Shown here: positions 1 to 9,844 of the stretch, one piece after another | How the letters are laid out: every line of letters starts with the position of its first letter | Numbering within the stretch: the stretch's first letter is position 1 | From: Acidobacteriota bacterium | Lineage (GTDB): Bacteria; Acidobacteriota; UBA890; WLXD01 | DNA length: 64,000 nucleotides | Reading direction: 5' to 3' | Assembly (NCBI GenBank): GCA_963666055.2 | Contig: CAXWPH010000015.1 | Location: forward strand, 1,568,001 to 1,632,000 | Notes under the pieces: generated by a model | Told to the model about the DNA's origin: nothing | Database searches by the model: none | The model's input: the letters and a program-made list of their open reading frames with translations, nothing else | Made by a program: the position numbers and the translations under genes

Positions 1-344
1 GACTGGCGCCAGCGCCGTGGCTCGAAAGAAGCGAAAGGAACAGCAAGTCTGGAAGCGCCGCATACATCGCTGCCTGGTCCTTCACCCAGGAGACGCAGTG
101 CTACCGCTGTGCCCTCGGGGAGCCCGGCAAGCGTACGCAGCAGCCCTCGTTGGGCGAGGTCCCGCTTCACCCCTCCCTCGACCTGTTCTTTCATGCTCCC
201 TGAAACGTCGAGCACGACCACCATAGCGGCGTCGTACGACTGCGCGGCGGTCACCTGGGTTGCCCCTGCCAGGCCAACGGCTGCGAGCGTTGCGACTACG
301 GCAGGTCCGCAGAGGGTCGGGCACCGGCGAGCTGAAGAGGTCAT
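1..344 (-). CDS. VWA-domain exported protein, 5' part (runs off left edge)
   Basis: Not in ORF track. Manual translation from ATG 344: MTSSARRCPTLCGPAVVATLAAVGLAGATQVTAAQSYDAAMVVVLDVSGSMKEQ..., i.e. a signal-like N-terminus then the MIDAS DxSxS motif; frame stays open to the window edge. Confidence 0.75.
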   Translation of the reverse strand, partial: MTSSARRCPTLCGPAVVATLAAVGLAGATQVTAAQSYDAAMVVVLDVSGSMKEQVEGGVKRDLAQRGLLRTLAGLPEGTAVALRLLGEGPGSDVCGASRLAVPFASFEPRRWRQ

Positions 345-510
345 GCTCCGTCCGTGGGTGTTCAGAGATCACAGTGCAGGATTATAGGTCCGCGGCCGGT
401 TGTGTAGGCGCTGCCGGGTATGTTCCGGCTTGGCCGGTCAACGGACACTTCCACCACAGCCTGTTAAGGTTCGCTACGCCATGTCCCGCAGATTCACAGG
501 AGCCCGACCG

Positions 511-1425
511 ATGAAACTCCGCCGCGCTGCTCTAGTCGTTGCCACCACCTTTATCCTCGCCGTCGGCGCGGTCATACCGGACCTGTTCGCCCAGCAGGAT
601 TTCGACGCTGTGGAGATCGATACCATCGAGGTGGCGGACGGCGTCTACATGCTGATGGGCGCCGGAGGCAACATCGGCCTGAGCGTCGGGGACGACGGCG
701 CGTTCGTCGTCGACGACCAGTTCGCGCCGCTTACCGACAAGATCCGCGCGGCCATTGCGGCGGTGACCGACGCGGAGGTCAAGTTTGTCGTCAACACCCA
801 CTGGCACGGTGACCACACCGGCGGCAACGAGGCCTTCGGATCCGCCGGCGCCATGATCGTAGCGCACGACAACGTCCGCAAGCGGATGAATCCGGAGCAG
901 TTCGGGGAGGTGATGGGGAGCACCGAGCAGGCGCCGCCGGCGGCCTTGCCGGTAGTGACTTTCAGCGACGAAGTTACGTTCTACTGGAACGACGAGAAGA
1001 TCCAAGTCGAGCATGTCAGGCACGCGCATACCGACGGCGATGCCCTGATCTGGTTTACCGGCGCCAACGTAGTGCACATGGGCGACAACTTCTTCAACGG
1101 TGTCTACCCATACATCGACGTCGACTCGGGCGGCAACGTCGACGGGATGCTCGCCAGCGCCCGGCAAGTCTTGGCGCGAATCGACTCCGACACCAAGATC
1201 ATCCCCGGCCATGGGGCGCTCGCCGGCGCCGAGGAACTACGCCGGTTCCGCGACGTGCTGACCTTGGCGCGTGACCGCGTCGGCGCGATGATCAACGACG
1301 GGATGAGCCTCGAGGAGGTCATCGCGGCGCTGCCGATGTCCGACCACGACGAGGCATGGGGCGGCGGCTTCATGTCGCCGGATCGTTTTCTGACCGTCGT
1401 GTACCGCAGCATCGCCGGCGAGTAG
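511..1425 (+). CDS. MBL-fold metallo-hydrolase (cyclase-like), exported
   Basis: THWHGDH motif, HTDGD, GD, IPGHG; signal peptide; AGGAG upstream of ATG 511. Confidence 0.88.
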   Translation: MKLRRAALVVATTFILAVGAVIPDLFAQQDFDAVEIDTIEVADGVYMLMGAGGNIGLSVGDDGAFVVDDQFAPLTDKIRAAIAAVTDAEVKFVVNTHWHGDHTGGNEAFGSAGAMIVAHDNVRKRMNPEQFGEVMGSTEQAPPAALPVVTFSDEVTFYWNDEKIQVEHVRHAHTDGDALIWFTGANVVHMGDNFFNGVYPYIDVDSGGNVDGMLASARQVLARIDSDTKIIPGHGALAGAEELRRFRDVLTLARDRVGAMINDGMSLEEVIAALPMSDHDEAWGGGFMSPDRFLTVVYRSIAGE

Positions 1426-1536
1426 GCGCAGCAGCGGTCCGCGCCGCGATGGCCGGCGTTGCGCCTCCTTGAAGTAACCAATCTACGTCTGCGTCGGCGC
1501 GCCTTGGCCTCCGCGCCGCGTCCTCGCTGTTGCGCC
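1425..1536 (-). repeat. Structured repeat unit (CAAGG...AACGC motif) inside an enclosing stem
   Basis: Outer stem GGCGCAGCAGCG (1425-1436)/CGCTGTTGCGCC (1525-1536); minus-strand core caagg-c-gcgcc-gacgcag-hairpin-aagga-ggcgc-aacgc matches the units at 26.0 and 52.7 kb. Confidence 0.6.
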
Positions 1537-1614
1537 CGCTCGCTCTGGATCCGCGCTTGGGTTCTCGTTGTCGGACGGGTTGTCGGACGAGGAGGTCGCT
1601 CGGCGAGGTAATCG

Positions 1615-3378
1615 CTAGTAGCCGATCGCGGTGCCGTCCTTTCGGGGATCGGTGCCGCCGTGCAGCATGCCGGTGACCGGGTTGATCATGATCGCCTGGT
1701 AGCCGCCCATTGCGCCGCCGCCGGCGCGGCGAATCACGTGCCCCATGGCCTCGAGCTGGGCGACGACTTCGTCGGAAATACCGCTCTCTACCAGCACCGT
1801 GCCACCGGTCGGGGCTTCGCCGGCTCGGGGCGTCTCTCCCATGTGGCGCCAGCGTGCCGCATCACCGGCCTCCTGCACGCTCAAGCCGAAGTCGATGAGG
1901 TTGGCCAGCACCTGAGTATGGCCCTGCGGCTGCATGTTGCCGCCCATGACGCCGAACGTCAGCCACGGGACGCCGTCCTTGGTCACCATGCCCGGCATGT
2001 TGGTGTGCAGCGAGCGCTTGTGAGGTTCCAGTACGTTCAGGTGGCCCTGCTCGAGGCTGAAGCCGATGCCGCGGTTCTGCATTGCGAAGCCGAGGTCTCC
2101 GGGCACCACCCTGGAACCGAACGAGTCGAAGATGCTCTGGATCAGCGATACGGCGTTGCGGTCCTTGTCGACCACCGACAGATAGACGGTGTCGCCATGC
2201 TCGAGCGGGTCGCCTGGTGTCACGGTGAGCGCCGCGCGCGTCGCGTCGACCATGGCGCGTCGGCTGACCCCGTAGGGCTTGGAGATGAGCTCCGCCACCG
2301 GCAGAGCGTTGAACTCGGGGTCGGCGACGTAATGAGTGCGGTCGGCGAAGGCGAGCTTCTTGGCCTCGATCATTCGATGTAGCGTGGCGGCGCTGTTGTG
2401 CCCCAGGCTCGCGAGGTCGTAGCCCTCGAGGATGTTGAGCATCATCAGCGCGGTGATGCCGTGACTGTTGGGCGGTAGCTCCCACACCTCGTAGCCGTGG
2501 TAACTAGTACTCACGGGCTCGACCCAGGTCGACGTGTGGTCTTCGAAGTCGCGCTTCGAGAGGTAGCCATTGTTGGCTTCGCTGAAGGCGACGATGCGAT
2601 CGGCTATGGCGCCTCGATAGAAGACGTCGCGGCCTTCGTTGCCGATCGCCTCGTAGACGCGAGCGAGGTTCGGATTGCGGAAGACGTCGCCCTTCTTTGG
2701 GGCGTGCCCGCCGGGGAGGTAGGTCTTGGCGGAATCCGGCCACTCGGCCAGCGCTGCCTCCTCCTCCTGCCATTGGCCGGCGATGATCTCGCTGACCGGG
2801 AACCCGTCGCGTGCGTATGCGATCGCCGGTGCCAGCACCTGCCCGAGCGTCATCGTTCCATGTCGTTCGAGTAACTCTGCCCAGGCGTCGACCGCGCCGG
2901 GCACCGTCCAGGGCACCAGTCCTCTGCCTGGGATCCGATCGAGATTACGCTTGCGTAGCGCTTCGAGACTCAGCGCGTAGGGGGACCTACCGGTGCCGTT
3001 GAGAGCGTAGAGCTTCTGCTCTTCGGCGTTCCAGACGATGGCGAACAGATCGCCACCGACGCCGTTCATGTGCGGCTCGACCAGCCCTAGCATGGCGTTG
3101 ACCGCCACCGCCGCGTCGATAGCGTTGCCGCCCGCCTTGAGGATGTCGATGCCAACTTGTGCCGCCAGCGGTTGGCTGGCGGCAACCATGCCATGGGGCG
3201 CGATCACTTCCGAGCGGCTGCCCTTGGGCGTGTGAGCCGGCCGATCGTACCCGGATCCCTGCGTGCTCGATTGATCCTGAGCGCCCGCCGTCTCGGAGCT
3301 GGCCAGCTCGGGGAAGTCACTACCGGTGATGCTCACTGCCACCACCGTGATCGCGAGCAACGCTGCGCCAACATGCAC
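1615..3378 (-). CDS. ggt: Gamma-glutamyltransferase
   Basis: GGNAIDAAVA, GGDLF, autocleavage Thr in GDTVYLSVVD, GVMGG, C-terminal DPRKDG; AGGAGG RBS before GTG. Confidence 0.93.
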   Translation of the reverse strand: MHVGAALLAITVVAVSITGSDFPELASSETAGAQDQSSTQGSGYDRPAHTPKGSRSEVIAPHGMVAASQPLAAQVGIDILKAGGNAIDAAVAVNAMLGLVEPHMNGVGGDLFAIVWNAEEQKLYALNGTGRSPYALSLEALRKRNLDRIPGRGLVPWTVPGAVDAWAELLERHGTMTLGQVLAPAIAYARDGFPVSEIIAGQWQEEEAALAEWPDSAKTYLPGGHAPKKGDVFRNPNLARVYEAIGNEGRDVFYRGAIADRIVAFSEANNGYLSKRDFEDHTSTWVEPVSTSYHGYEVWELPPNSHGITALMMLNILEGYDLASLGHNSAATLHRMIEAKKLAFADRTHYVADPEFNALPVAELISKPYGVSRRAMVDATRAALTVTPGDPLEHGDTVYLSVVDKDRNAVSLIQSIFDSFGSRVVPGDLGFAMQNRGIGFSLEQGHLNVLEPHKRSLHTNMPGMVTKDGVPWLTFGVMGGNMQPQGHTQVLANLIDFGLSVQEAGDAARWRHMGETPRAGEAPTGGTVLVESGISDEVVAQLEAMGHVIRRAGGGAMGGYQAIMINPVTGMLHGGTDPRKDGTAIGY

Positions 3379-3481
3379 GGAGCCCCTCCTTGAAATTAGT
3401 AGATGGCGGCGAAGTTACCAGAATGAAGGGCCGAGTATCAGGGGCGAGAGGAGTCTGGCGCGGTCGCGCTGTGATCCGTCC

Positions 3482-3529
3482 TTGACAAACTGCGACAAAC
3501 GACGCACTTTAAGTGCGACACTTGTCGCA
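3482..3529 (+). promoter_or_regulatory. Putative sigma70 promoter overlapped by two BlaI-type operators
   Basis: TTGACA 3482-3487; perfect palindrome TGCGACA-ct-TGTCGCA 3514-3529; imperfect copy TGCGACA-aa-CGACGCA 3491-3506; directly upstream of the BlaI-family gene. Confidence 0.7.
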
Positions 3530-3553
3530 GTTCTTGATAGAGGAACTCAGGCA

Positions 3554-3949
3554 ATGGCAAGGAAGCTTCCAGACTTATCGAGATTCGAGCTGCAGTGCCT
3601 GCGGTTGCTGTGGCAGAGCGGAGAAGCATCCGCTGGCGTGGTCCACGCACAACTCCAAGACCCGCCCTCATACTCGACTGTCCGCAAGATCTTCGAGCGT
3701 CTGGAGACCAAGGGCGCCATCGAGCGCGTCGGCAAGTCCGGCCGCTCGGTGGTGTATCGGCCCTCGGTCAGCGGGCCGGCGATGATCCGCAAGGAGATCG
3801 CGCGGTTGCTCGATTCGTTGTTCGACGGCGCCGCGGCTCCGTTGCTGAGCCACCTGGCCCAGATGCGGGCGCTGGACCTCGACGATCTGCGTGAGATCGA
3901 GAGACAGCTCGCCGGCGACGACGCCCTCGACCGGGAGTCGGAATCATGA
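3554..3949 (+). CDS. BlaI/MecI/CopY family transcriptional repressor
   Basis: LSRFELQCLRLLW, SYSTVRKIFERLETKG, LLDSLFDG; overlaps M56 gene (ATGA). Confidence 0.9.
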   Translation: MARKLPDLSRFELQCLRLLWQSGEASAGVVHAQLQDPPSYSTVRKIFERLETKGAIERVGKSGRSVVYRPSVSGPAMIRKEIARLLDSLFDGAAAPLLSHLAQMRALDLDDLREIERQLAGDDALDRESES

Positions 3950-5583
3950 GCTTCCTGCAGATCGACCACCGAGCATTCTGGGATGCGTTCGCCGTCCACC
4001 TGTGGCAAAGCGCGCTCGTCGTTGCAGTACTTCTGTTGCTCGACCGCCTGCTGCGCGGCGGACCAGCCCGTCTTCGCGGCTACCTCTGGTCGATCGGGCT
4101 GCTGAAGCTGATGCTGCCCGTATCGCTGCTGGCGCCCTGGGCAGCCGAATTGCTTGCATCCCTTAGTTCCCCCAAGGCGAGCGTTACGGTGACGACTGCC
4201 GTGCGTGGTCTGCGAGCCGTGTTCGAGCCTCAGCTATGGATCGTTCCGGCGCCGCGCTTCGCCGGCGATGATGTTGTGTATCAGCTCCTCACCGTGGCCT
4301 GGCTGTTTGGTGCGGTGGCGGTGGCGGTGGCGCTGTGGCGTCGCAGGTCGACGCTGGTGCGCCAACTTTCCCGTCAGGCGACCGCGCCGCTCCCCGTGCG
4401 GCTCGGCCGCGTCGCCAGCCGTCATGGGGTAGATCCGGCCCGCATCGAGGTAGTGGATTGGCCAATCATGCCGAGCCTCGTCGGTTTGCGGCGACCACGA
4501 ATTCTGCTACCACGCTCATTGTGTGAGGCGCTCACCGCCAAGCAGCTGGGCGCGGTGGTGGCGCACGAAGATGCTCACCGACGGCTCGGCCATCCGCTCC
4601 AGCGGCTCGTCGCCATGCCGGTGCTAGTGGCTTTCTACTTCTTTCCGGTTGCTTGGCTAGTGCTTGCCAGGCTCCATCGCGTCGCCGAGCTTGCTTGCGA
4701 CGAAGCCGTCCTGCGCGCCGGCGTCGACGCGCGCACCTACTCGCAAGCTCTGGCGCGCACGCTCCGTCTTGGATTCGTGCAGGGCGCCGGTGATCTTGCG
4801 CTCTTGGTACCAAGCACATCCGTCTTCACCGCGCGACTGCGCCACATTCACGAGATCGGGAGGCCCGTCGTCATGACAAGACACCGACTCGCGCTGACTC
4901 TGGCGGCCATCACGTTCACCGTCTCGGTGGTGGCCGGCGCGTTCGGGACCCCGCCGGGGGCGGGCTCGGGCGAGCCGAGTGTCCCGCAGGCGCGCCGACT
5001 TGCCGCGCAGACTGGCCTGGAGGCAGATTTTCCGCATCTGCTCGAGCTTCGAGGCGGTGGGCGTCAGGCGAACGTCGAATTCGAGAACAGGCTGCTGCGC
5101 GATGTGCTCGAGCAGCTTGCCGGGCTGGGCGGCTTCGAGCTGGATACGTCGCAGCTTGGTGGTAGCCGGCGGGTGACGTTGGTAGCTCGCAACAGCACGG
5201 TGGCGGCCACGCTGGCGTCTCTGGCCAGGTCCGCGGACCTGTGGTTCACGGTCGAGGATCGTCGGCGGTTGGTGGCGCACGAGGTGGTCTCCATCGCGGA
5301 TCGCGAGCAGAAGCCCACACGCATTCACTACGTGGCCCCGCGCTACCCGGAGCAGGCGCGCGCCGACCGCATCCAGGGGGAGGTGGTTCTGGAGGGCGTC
5401 ATCGGGCTCGACGGTCGGATGGAGCGCATCGTGGTGACCGGAAGCGCGCATCCGCTCCTCGACGTTGCTGCGAGAGAATCTGTCGAACAATGGCGCTACG
5501 CGCCGGTCATCGTCGACGGTCAACCGGTGAAGACGCGCCTCATGGTGACGGCCCAGTTTTTTCTGCAGACGCTGCTACAGTAG
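3946..5583 (+). CDS. BlaR1-like M56 metallopeptidase fused to C-terminal TonB domain
   Basis: TM N-terminus, HEDAH, ELACDEAV; C-terminal PRYPEQAR..IQGEVVL..QWRYAP TonB_C signature. Confidence 0.88.
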   Translation: MSFLQIDHRAFWDAFAVHLWQSALVVAVLLLLDRLLRGGPARLRGYLWSIGLLKLMLPVSLLAPWAAELLASLSSPKASVTVTTAVRGLRAVFEPQLWIVPAPRFAGDDVVYQLLTVAWLFGAVAVAVALWRRRSTLVRQLSRQATAPLPVRLGRVASRHGVDPARIEVVDWPIMPSLVGLRRPRILLPRSLCEALTAKQLGAVVAHEDAHRRLGHPLQRLVAMPVLVAFYFFPVAWLVLARLHRVAELACDEAVLRAGVDARTYSQALARTLRLGFVQGAGDLALLVPSTSVFTARLRHIHEIGRPVVMTRHRLALTLAAITFTVSVVAGAFGTPPGAGSGEPSVPQARRLAAQTGLEADFPHLLELRGGGRQANVEFENRLLRDVLEQLAGLGGFELDTSQLGGSRRVTLVARNSTVAATLASLARSADLWFTVEDRRRLVAHEVVSIADREQKPTRIHYVAPRYPEQARADRIQGEVVLEGVIGLDGRMERIVVTGSAHPLLDVAARESVEQWRYAPVIVDGQPVKTRLMVTAQFFLQTLLQ

Positions 5584-5618
5584 CTGCCTGTCCGCCCGCT
5601 CGGCCAGATGGCGGCAAG

Positions 5619-6284
5619 TTACCAGAACGACACATCGTGCATCATGCGGCGGAAGAAAACGCGCGTATCCTGGCCGATGGCGACGGCGTAGGCAAGATAG
5701 GAGAGCATCACTGGGAGGCCACCCGCGTCGCCGCGGATCTGGTCGAACGCATGGTCGAGAAGCACGACGGCAATGAACACTCCTGGCACGATGAAGACTA
5801 GCTGCGCGGCGCTCTTCAGCAAGTGCCGCAGTACGTCTCTCCAGCCCCACTCCTGCACGGTCTTGGAGACGAAGGGACCGATCGTCAACACCAGCATGAG
5901 GCCCAGCCACATGCCGCAGACGTAGACCGTCGATAGGTCGACCAGGAAGTCGACCGCGGCCGCACCGGTGTCGGTATCTCCCCTCAGCAGCCGCATGGCG
6001 CCCATTAGCACGACCGGTGGCAGGATCAGCCCCAGCATCCCGCTGACCGTCATCGGCAGGAACTTGCGGAAGAGTAGTTGCATGAAGCCGGTAAAGAGCA
6101 GAAACGGGATCGCCACCAGGCCGGCCTCCGGCCGCGAGATCCAGACCGTGGCTACGAACGGCAGCGCCACGTGACCGCCGGCATACAGCATCCACAGCAG
6201 CGTCGCAGGCCATCCCGGGAGCGCGATCTTGTCTTCGGGCTCGGCGCGACCCCGGCTCCGCCGCCGCCCGTGTTTTCTTGCCAT
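5619..6284 (-). CDS. Hypothetical multi-pass membrane protein
   Basis: 221 aa ORF with several hydrophobic segments; no family recognised. Confidence 0.6.
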   Translation of the reverse strand: MARKHGRRRSRGRAEPEDKIALPGWPATLLWMLYAGGHVALPFVATVWISRPEAGLVAIPFLLFTGFMQLLFRKFLPMTVSGMLGLILPPVVLMGAMRLLRGDTDTGAAAVDFLVDLSTVYVCGMWLGLMLVLTIGPFVSKTVQEWGWRDVLRHLLKSAAQLVFIVPGVFIAVVLLDHAFDQIRGDAGGLPVMLSYLAYAVAIGQDTRVFFRRMMHDVSFW

Positions 6285-6356
6285 TCGTGCTCGTGTCGCT
6301 TCCGCTGCCGGGCGGTATCGGTCGACTTTCGGCTGCAGTAGTCGAATCCGCCGGCG

Positions 6357-8123
6357 CTATCCGACGGCGCGCAGCAGCGGATCGCTGACGCCGATCACGT
6401 AGGCCGCCAGCAGGCCGAGCAGGCCGAGCACCGTCAAGTAGTAGAGGGTCGGGACGATCGTCTTGCGCAGCGTCGAGCCCTCCTGGCCGAGCAGCCCGAC
6501 GGTGGCCGACGCGGCGACGACGTTGTGGATGGCGACCATGTTGCCGGCCGCGGCGCCGACCGCCTGCAGAGCGACGATCAGCGCGCTCGATAGCGCCAGA
6601 CGCTCGGCAACGCCGTACTGAAACGCCGAGAACATCAGGTTGCTGACCGTGTTGGAGCCGGCGATGAAAGCTCCAAGGGCACCGATCACGCCGGCGAAGG
6701 CGGGCCAGCTGGCCCCGACGTTGGTGGCCACCCATTCGGCCAGCGCGATGGGCATGCTCAGATAGCCGCCGCTGTTGGCGCCGGAGTTGATGTATACACG
6801 CACCATGGGGACGGTGAAAACAAGGACGAACCCGGCGCTGAGCAGAACGCTGGCGGATCGTGTCGCCGCTCGCAGCATCTCCGCTCCCCGCATGCGGTGT
6901 AAGAAGAATGCGAAGCCGGCGGCGGCCATGAGCACCGTGCCGGGCAGATACAAAGGCGTCGTCGCTGCGGTGATATCAGTACCCAGAATCCCTTCCCAGT
7001 CGAAACGGGCGCGGCGGAGCCAGTCACCAAGAGGGAGCCAGGGCAGGCGCGTGAGCACCAGCATTGCGCCCACCGCTGCGTAGGGGAGCCAGGCGCGGAG
7101 CACGCTGATCGCCGGGTCGGTGGTGAGGACGTCGTGCTGGGCACCGGTGGTGGTGTCTCGGGGTGCGCCGTCGGTCTTATCCTCGAGAGGGCTCTCGGCG
7201 GTGATCTCCATGCCGCTGACCCAGTCCCGCGGCCAGTTCTTGGGGGGTGGAAAATCCCAATGATCCGCCGGGATGAGCCAGCCGCGTCGAATCACCGCGA
7301 CGACGATGGCCAGTCCCACCGGCGCGCCGAGTAGCGAGGGGAACTCCGGCCCGAGCAGCGTTGCCGCCGCCACATAAGGAACGGTGAACGCCAGGCCGGC
7401 GAACAATGACAGTGGCAGCACCGAAAGGCCCTCGGTCCACGAGCGTCGGGCACCGAAAAACCGCGTCATCACCATCACCATGAGGGTCGGCATGAGGGTG
7501 CCCGCGATGGCGTGCAGGTAGGCCGAGCGCGTCGCAACAAGGTTTACGTACTGTGCGAGCTCGATACCCGACGCGGCCAGTCGGGCGTCGAAGGCCGAGC
7601 TACCGACACCGCCCGCGACACCGACCAGTATCGGCGTGCCGGCGGCCCCGAAGGTGACCGCGGTGCTCTGTATCATCATTCCGATCACCACGGCAGCCGC
7701 AGCGGGAAACCCCATGGCGACGAGCAGCGGCGCCGCGACCGCTGCAGGCGTTCCGAATCCCGCGGCGCCTTCGATGAAGGAGCCGAAGAGCCAGGCGATG
7801 ACGATCACCTGAACGCGTCGATCGCCACTGAGCGCACCGAAGGACCGACGAATCGCCGACACACCCCCCGATTCTTCTAGCGTGTTGAGCAGGAGGATGG
7901 CGCCGAAGATGATCCACAGCAGGTCGAAGGTGAGGAACAAGCCCTGGATCGTCGAGGCGATGACCCGGATTGGCGCGACACCCCAGGCGCCCACTGCGAT
8001 CACGACGGCGGCAACATAGACCGCCGGCATCGCCCGTCGCGCCGGCACGCGGAAGCCGACCAGCAAGACACCGGCCAGCAGTATCGGCAAGACGGCTAGT
8101 GCCGCCTGCAGTCCAAGGGTCAT
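6357..8123 (-). CDS. lctP: L-lactate permease
   Basis: [49 protein letters not shown]. Confidence 0.9.
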   Translation of the reverse strand: MTLGLQAALAVLPILLAGVLLVGFRVPARRAMPAVYVAAVVIAVGAWGVAPIRVIASTIQGLFLTFDLLWIIFGAILLLNTLEESGGVSAIRRSFGALSGDRRVQVIVIAWLFGSFIEGAAGFGTPAAVAAPLLVAMGFPAAAAVVIGMMIQSTAVTFGAAGTPILVGVAGGVGSSAFDARLAASGIELAQYVNLVATRSAYLHAIAGTLMPTLMVMVMTRFFGARRSWTEGLSVLPLSLFAGLAFTVPYVAAATLLGPEFPSLLGAPVGLAIVVAVIRRGWLIPADHWDFPPPKNWPRDWVSGMEITAESPLEDKTDGAPRDTTTGAQHDVLTTDPAISVLRAWLPYAAVGAMLVLTRLPWLPLGDWLRRARFDWEGILGTDITAATTPLYLPGTVLMAAAGFAFFLHRMRGAEMLRAATRSASVLLSAGFVLVFTVPMVRVYINSGANSGGYLSMPIALAEWVATNVGASWPAFAGVIGALGAFIAGSNTVSNLMFSAFQYGVAERLALSSALIVALQAVGAAAGNMVAIHNVVAASATVGLLGQEGSTLRKTIVPTLYYLTVLGLLGLLAAYVIGVSDPLLRAVG

Positions 8124-8357
8124 CGCTGCACCCTAGCCCGGGACGCAGCTCACGTACAGTTGACGTCGGCGGCGGACTGCATCGCCCCGCGGCATGACCG
8201 TGCCTTGACGTGGGCGGCGGGGGCCGGATCGGCGCGCTGGGATCAGGCGGCTGCGCGGTCCATACAAGCGGTTAGAATCAGGGCGCGCGGACCTTAGCGC
8301 ATGCGCGGTGTTGCCGCTAGCGCGTCCGTGCAGCCTCAACAGCTTCCAGAGGACCCA

Positions 8358-9761
8358 TTGATTCGCCTCTGTGCCCTGGTACTTTTCTCGGTGTCGGCGA
8401 TCGGCGGTCTCGATCCAGGGGCGGCCACGGTCGACGAGCGCCCCAATATCCTGATCATCTATGCCGACGATCTCGGCTACGGCGATCTCGGAGCGTACGG
8501 TCACCATACCCTGCGGACCCCCAGCCTGGATCGACTCGCGCTCGAAGGGATGCGCTTCACTTCGTACTATGCGCCGGCGCCCCTGTGCTCGCCGTCGCGC
8601 GCCGCGCTGCTCACCGGGCGGACTCCGTATCGCACTGGAATCGAGAGCTGGATTCCACCAGGCACCGACGTCCAGCTCGGGGCTCGGGAAGTGACCATTG
8701 CGACGCTGCTGCAAGCCATCGGCTACCAAACGGCGATGGTCGGCAAGTGGCACCTGAACGGCGGTCTGGAGGTGGTCGAGCAGACTCAGCCGGACGATCA
8801 TGGCTTCGACCATTGGCTGGCGCTGCACGGCTGGCCAGTGCCGCACAACCGCAACCCGCGCAACTTCTTCCGCAACGGCGAAGCGCTGGGCGAGCTCGAG
8901 GGATTCACCGCCGATATCGTCATCGACGAGGCCATTGATTGGTTGCAGGGACGCGATCCAGAGCGCCCTTTTTTCCTCTATGTGCCGATGATCGAGCCCC
9001 ACTCGACCATCGCCAATCCGCCCGAGTACAACGCCCTTTACGACGAATACACCGACGGGGTGCCAGACCCGCTGGAGAACGGCTTGCCCTCGCCGCCCGG
9101 CAACTTGGCGGCGCGCGGGCCGGGCGAATACTACGCCAACGTCACCTATATGGACCACCAGATCGGACGACTGCTGGACCGTGTCGACGAGCTCGGGCTG
9201 CGCGAACGCACTTTCGTGTTCTTCGCCTCGGACAACGGGCCGGTGACGACCGACTGGCGTCGGTGGTGGGAGGTCAATCTGTACGGCAGCACCGGGGGCC
9301 TTCGCGGTCGCAAGCACGAGCTGTTGGAAGGCGGTATTCGGGTTCCCGCCATCGTTCGCTGGCCGGGCACCGTGGCGGCTGGCTCGCTCGCCGATGCTCC
9401 GGTGAGCGGCTACGATCTGCTGCCAACTCTGGCTGCCGTGGTCGGTTTCGATGTGCCAGATGATCGACCGATCGATGGCGAGGACATGTCGGCAGTATTG
9501 CGTGGCGAGGCGTGGGAGCGCCAGCGACCCTTGTATTGGGAGTTCGATGATGAGCGGGGTTTCGCTTACGCCTTGCGCGACGGCGACTGGAAACTGTTGA
9601 TCGACCGGGAGCTGCAGAGCCCGAGGCTCTACAACCTCGCGACGGATCGTTTCGAGGTGTTCGACCTGGCGGTCCAGCGACCCCAGATCGTCGCCAGCCT
9701 GGTAACCAAGTTGCGGGAGATCAGTGAGAGCGTCACCGCCGATCCGTTGCGCCCGCGATGA
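8358..9761 (+). CDS. Cys-type sulfatase (arylsulfatase A-like)
   Basis: PNILIIYADDLG, CSPSRAALLTGR, GKWHL, SDNG; TTG 8358 start inferred from RBS and signal peptide (ORF opens at 8301). Confidence 0.9.
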   Translation: MIRLCALVLFSVSAIGGLDPGAATVDERPNILIIYADDLGYGDLGAYGHHTLRTPSLDRLALEGMRFTSYYAPAPLCSPSRAALLTGRTPYRTGIESWIPPGTDVQLGAREVTIATLLQAIGYQTAMVGKWHLNGGLEVVEQTQPDDHGFDHWLALHGWPVPHNRNPRNFFRNGEALGELEGFTADIVIDEAIDWLQGRDPERPFFLYVPMIEPHSTIANPPEYNALYDEYTDGVPDPLENGLPSPPGNLAARGPGEYYANVTYMDHQIGRLLDRVDELGLRERTFVFFASDNGPVTTDWRRWWEVNLYGSTGGLRGRKHELLEGGIRVPAIVRWPGTVAAGSLADAPVSGYDLLPTLAAVVGFDVPDDRPIDGEDMSAVLRGEAWERQRPLYWEFDDERGFAYALRDGDWKLLIDRELQSPRLYNLATDRFEVFDLAVQRPQIVASLVTKLREISESVTADPLRPR

Positions 9762-9844
9762 ACGATCTCGTTCTGGCGCGTCGCGGAGCGGCCGCCAATG
9801 AGCACTCTGCTAGCTCTTCTGTGACATCTCAGGAGCCCATCAAC

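Noticed and set aside
8133-9317. Long antisense or shadow ORFs (also 24087-25307, 35963-36940, 39643-40761, 44685-45947, 59598-60593)
   Set aside because: They overlap well-supported genes on the other strand; expected in high-GC DNA
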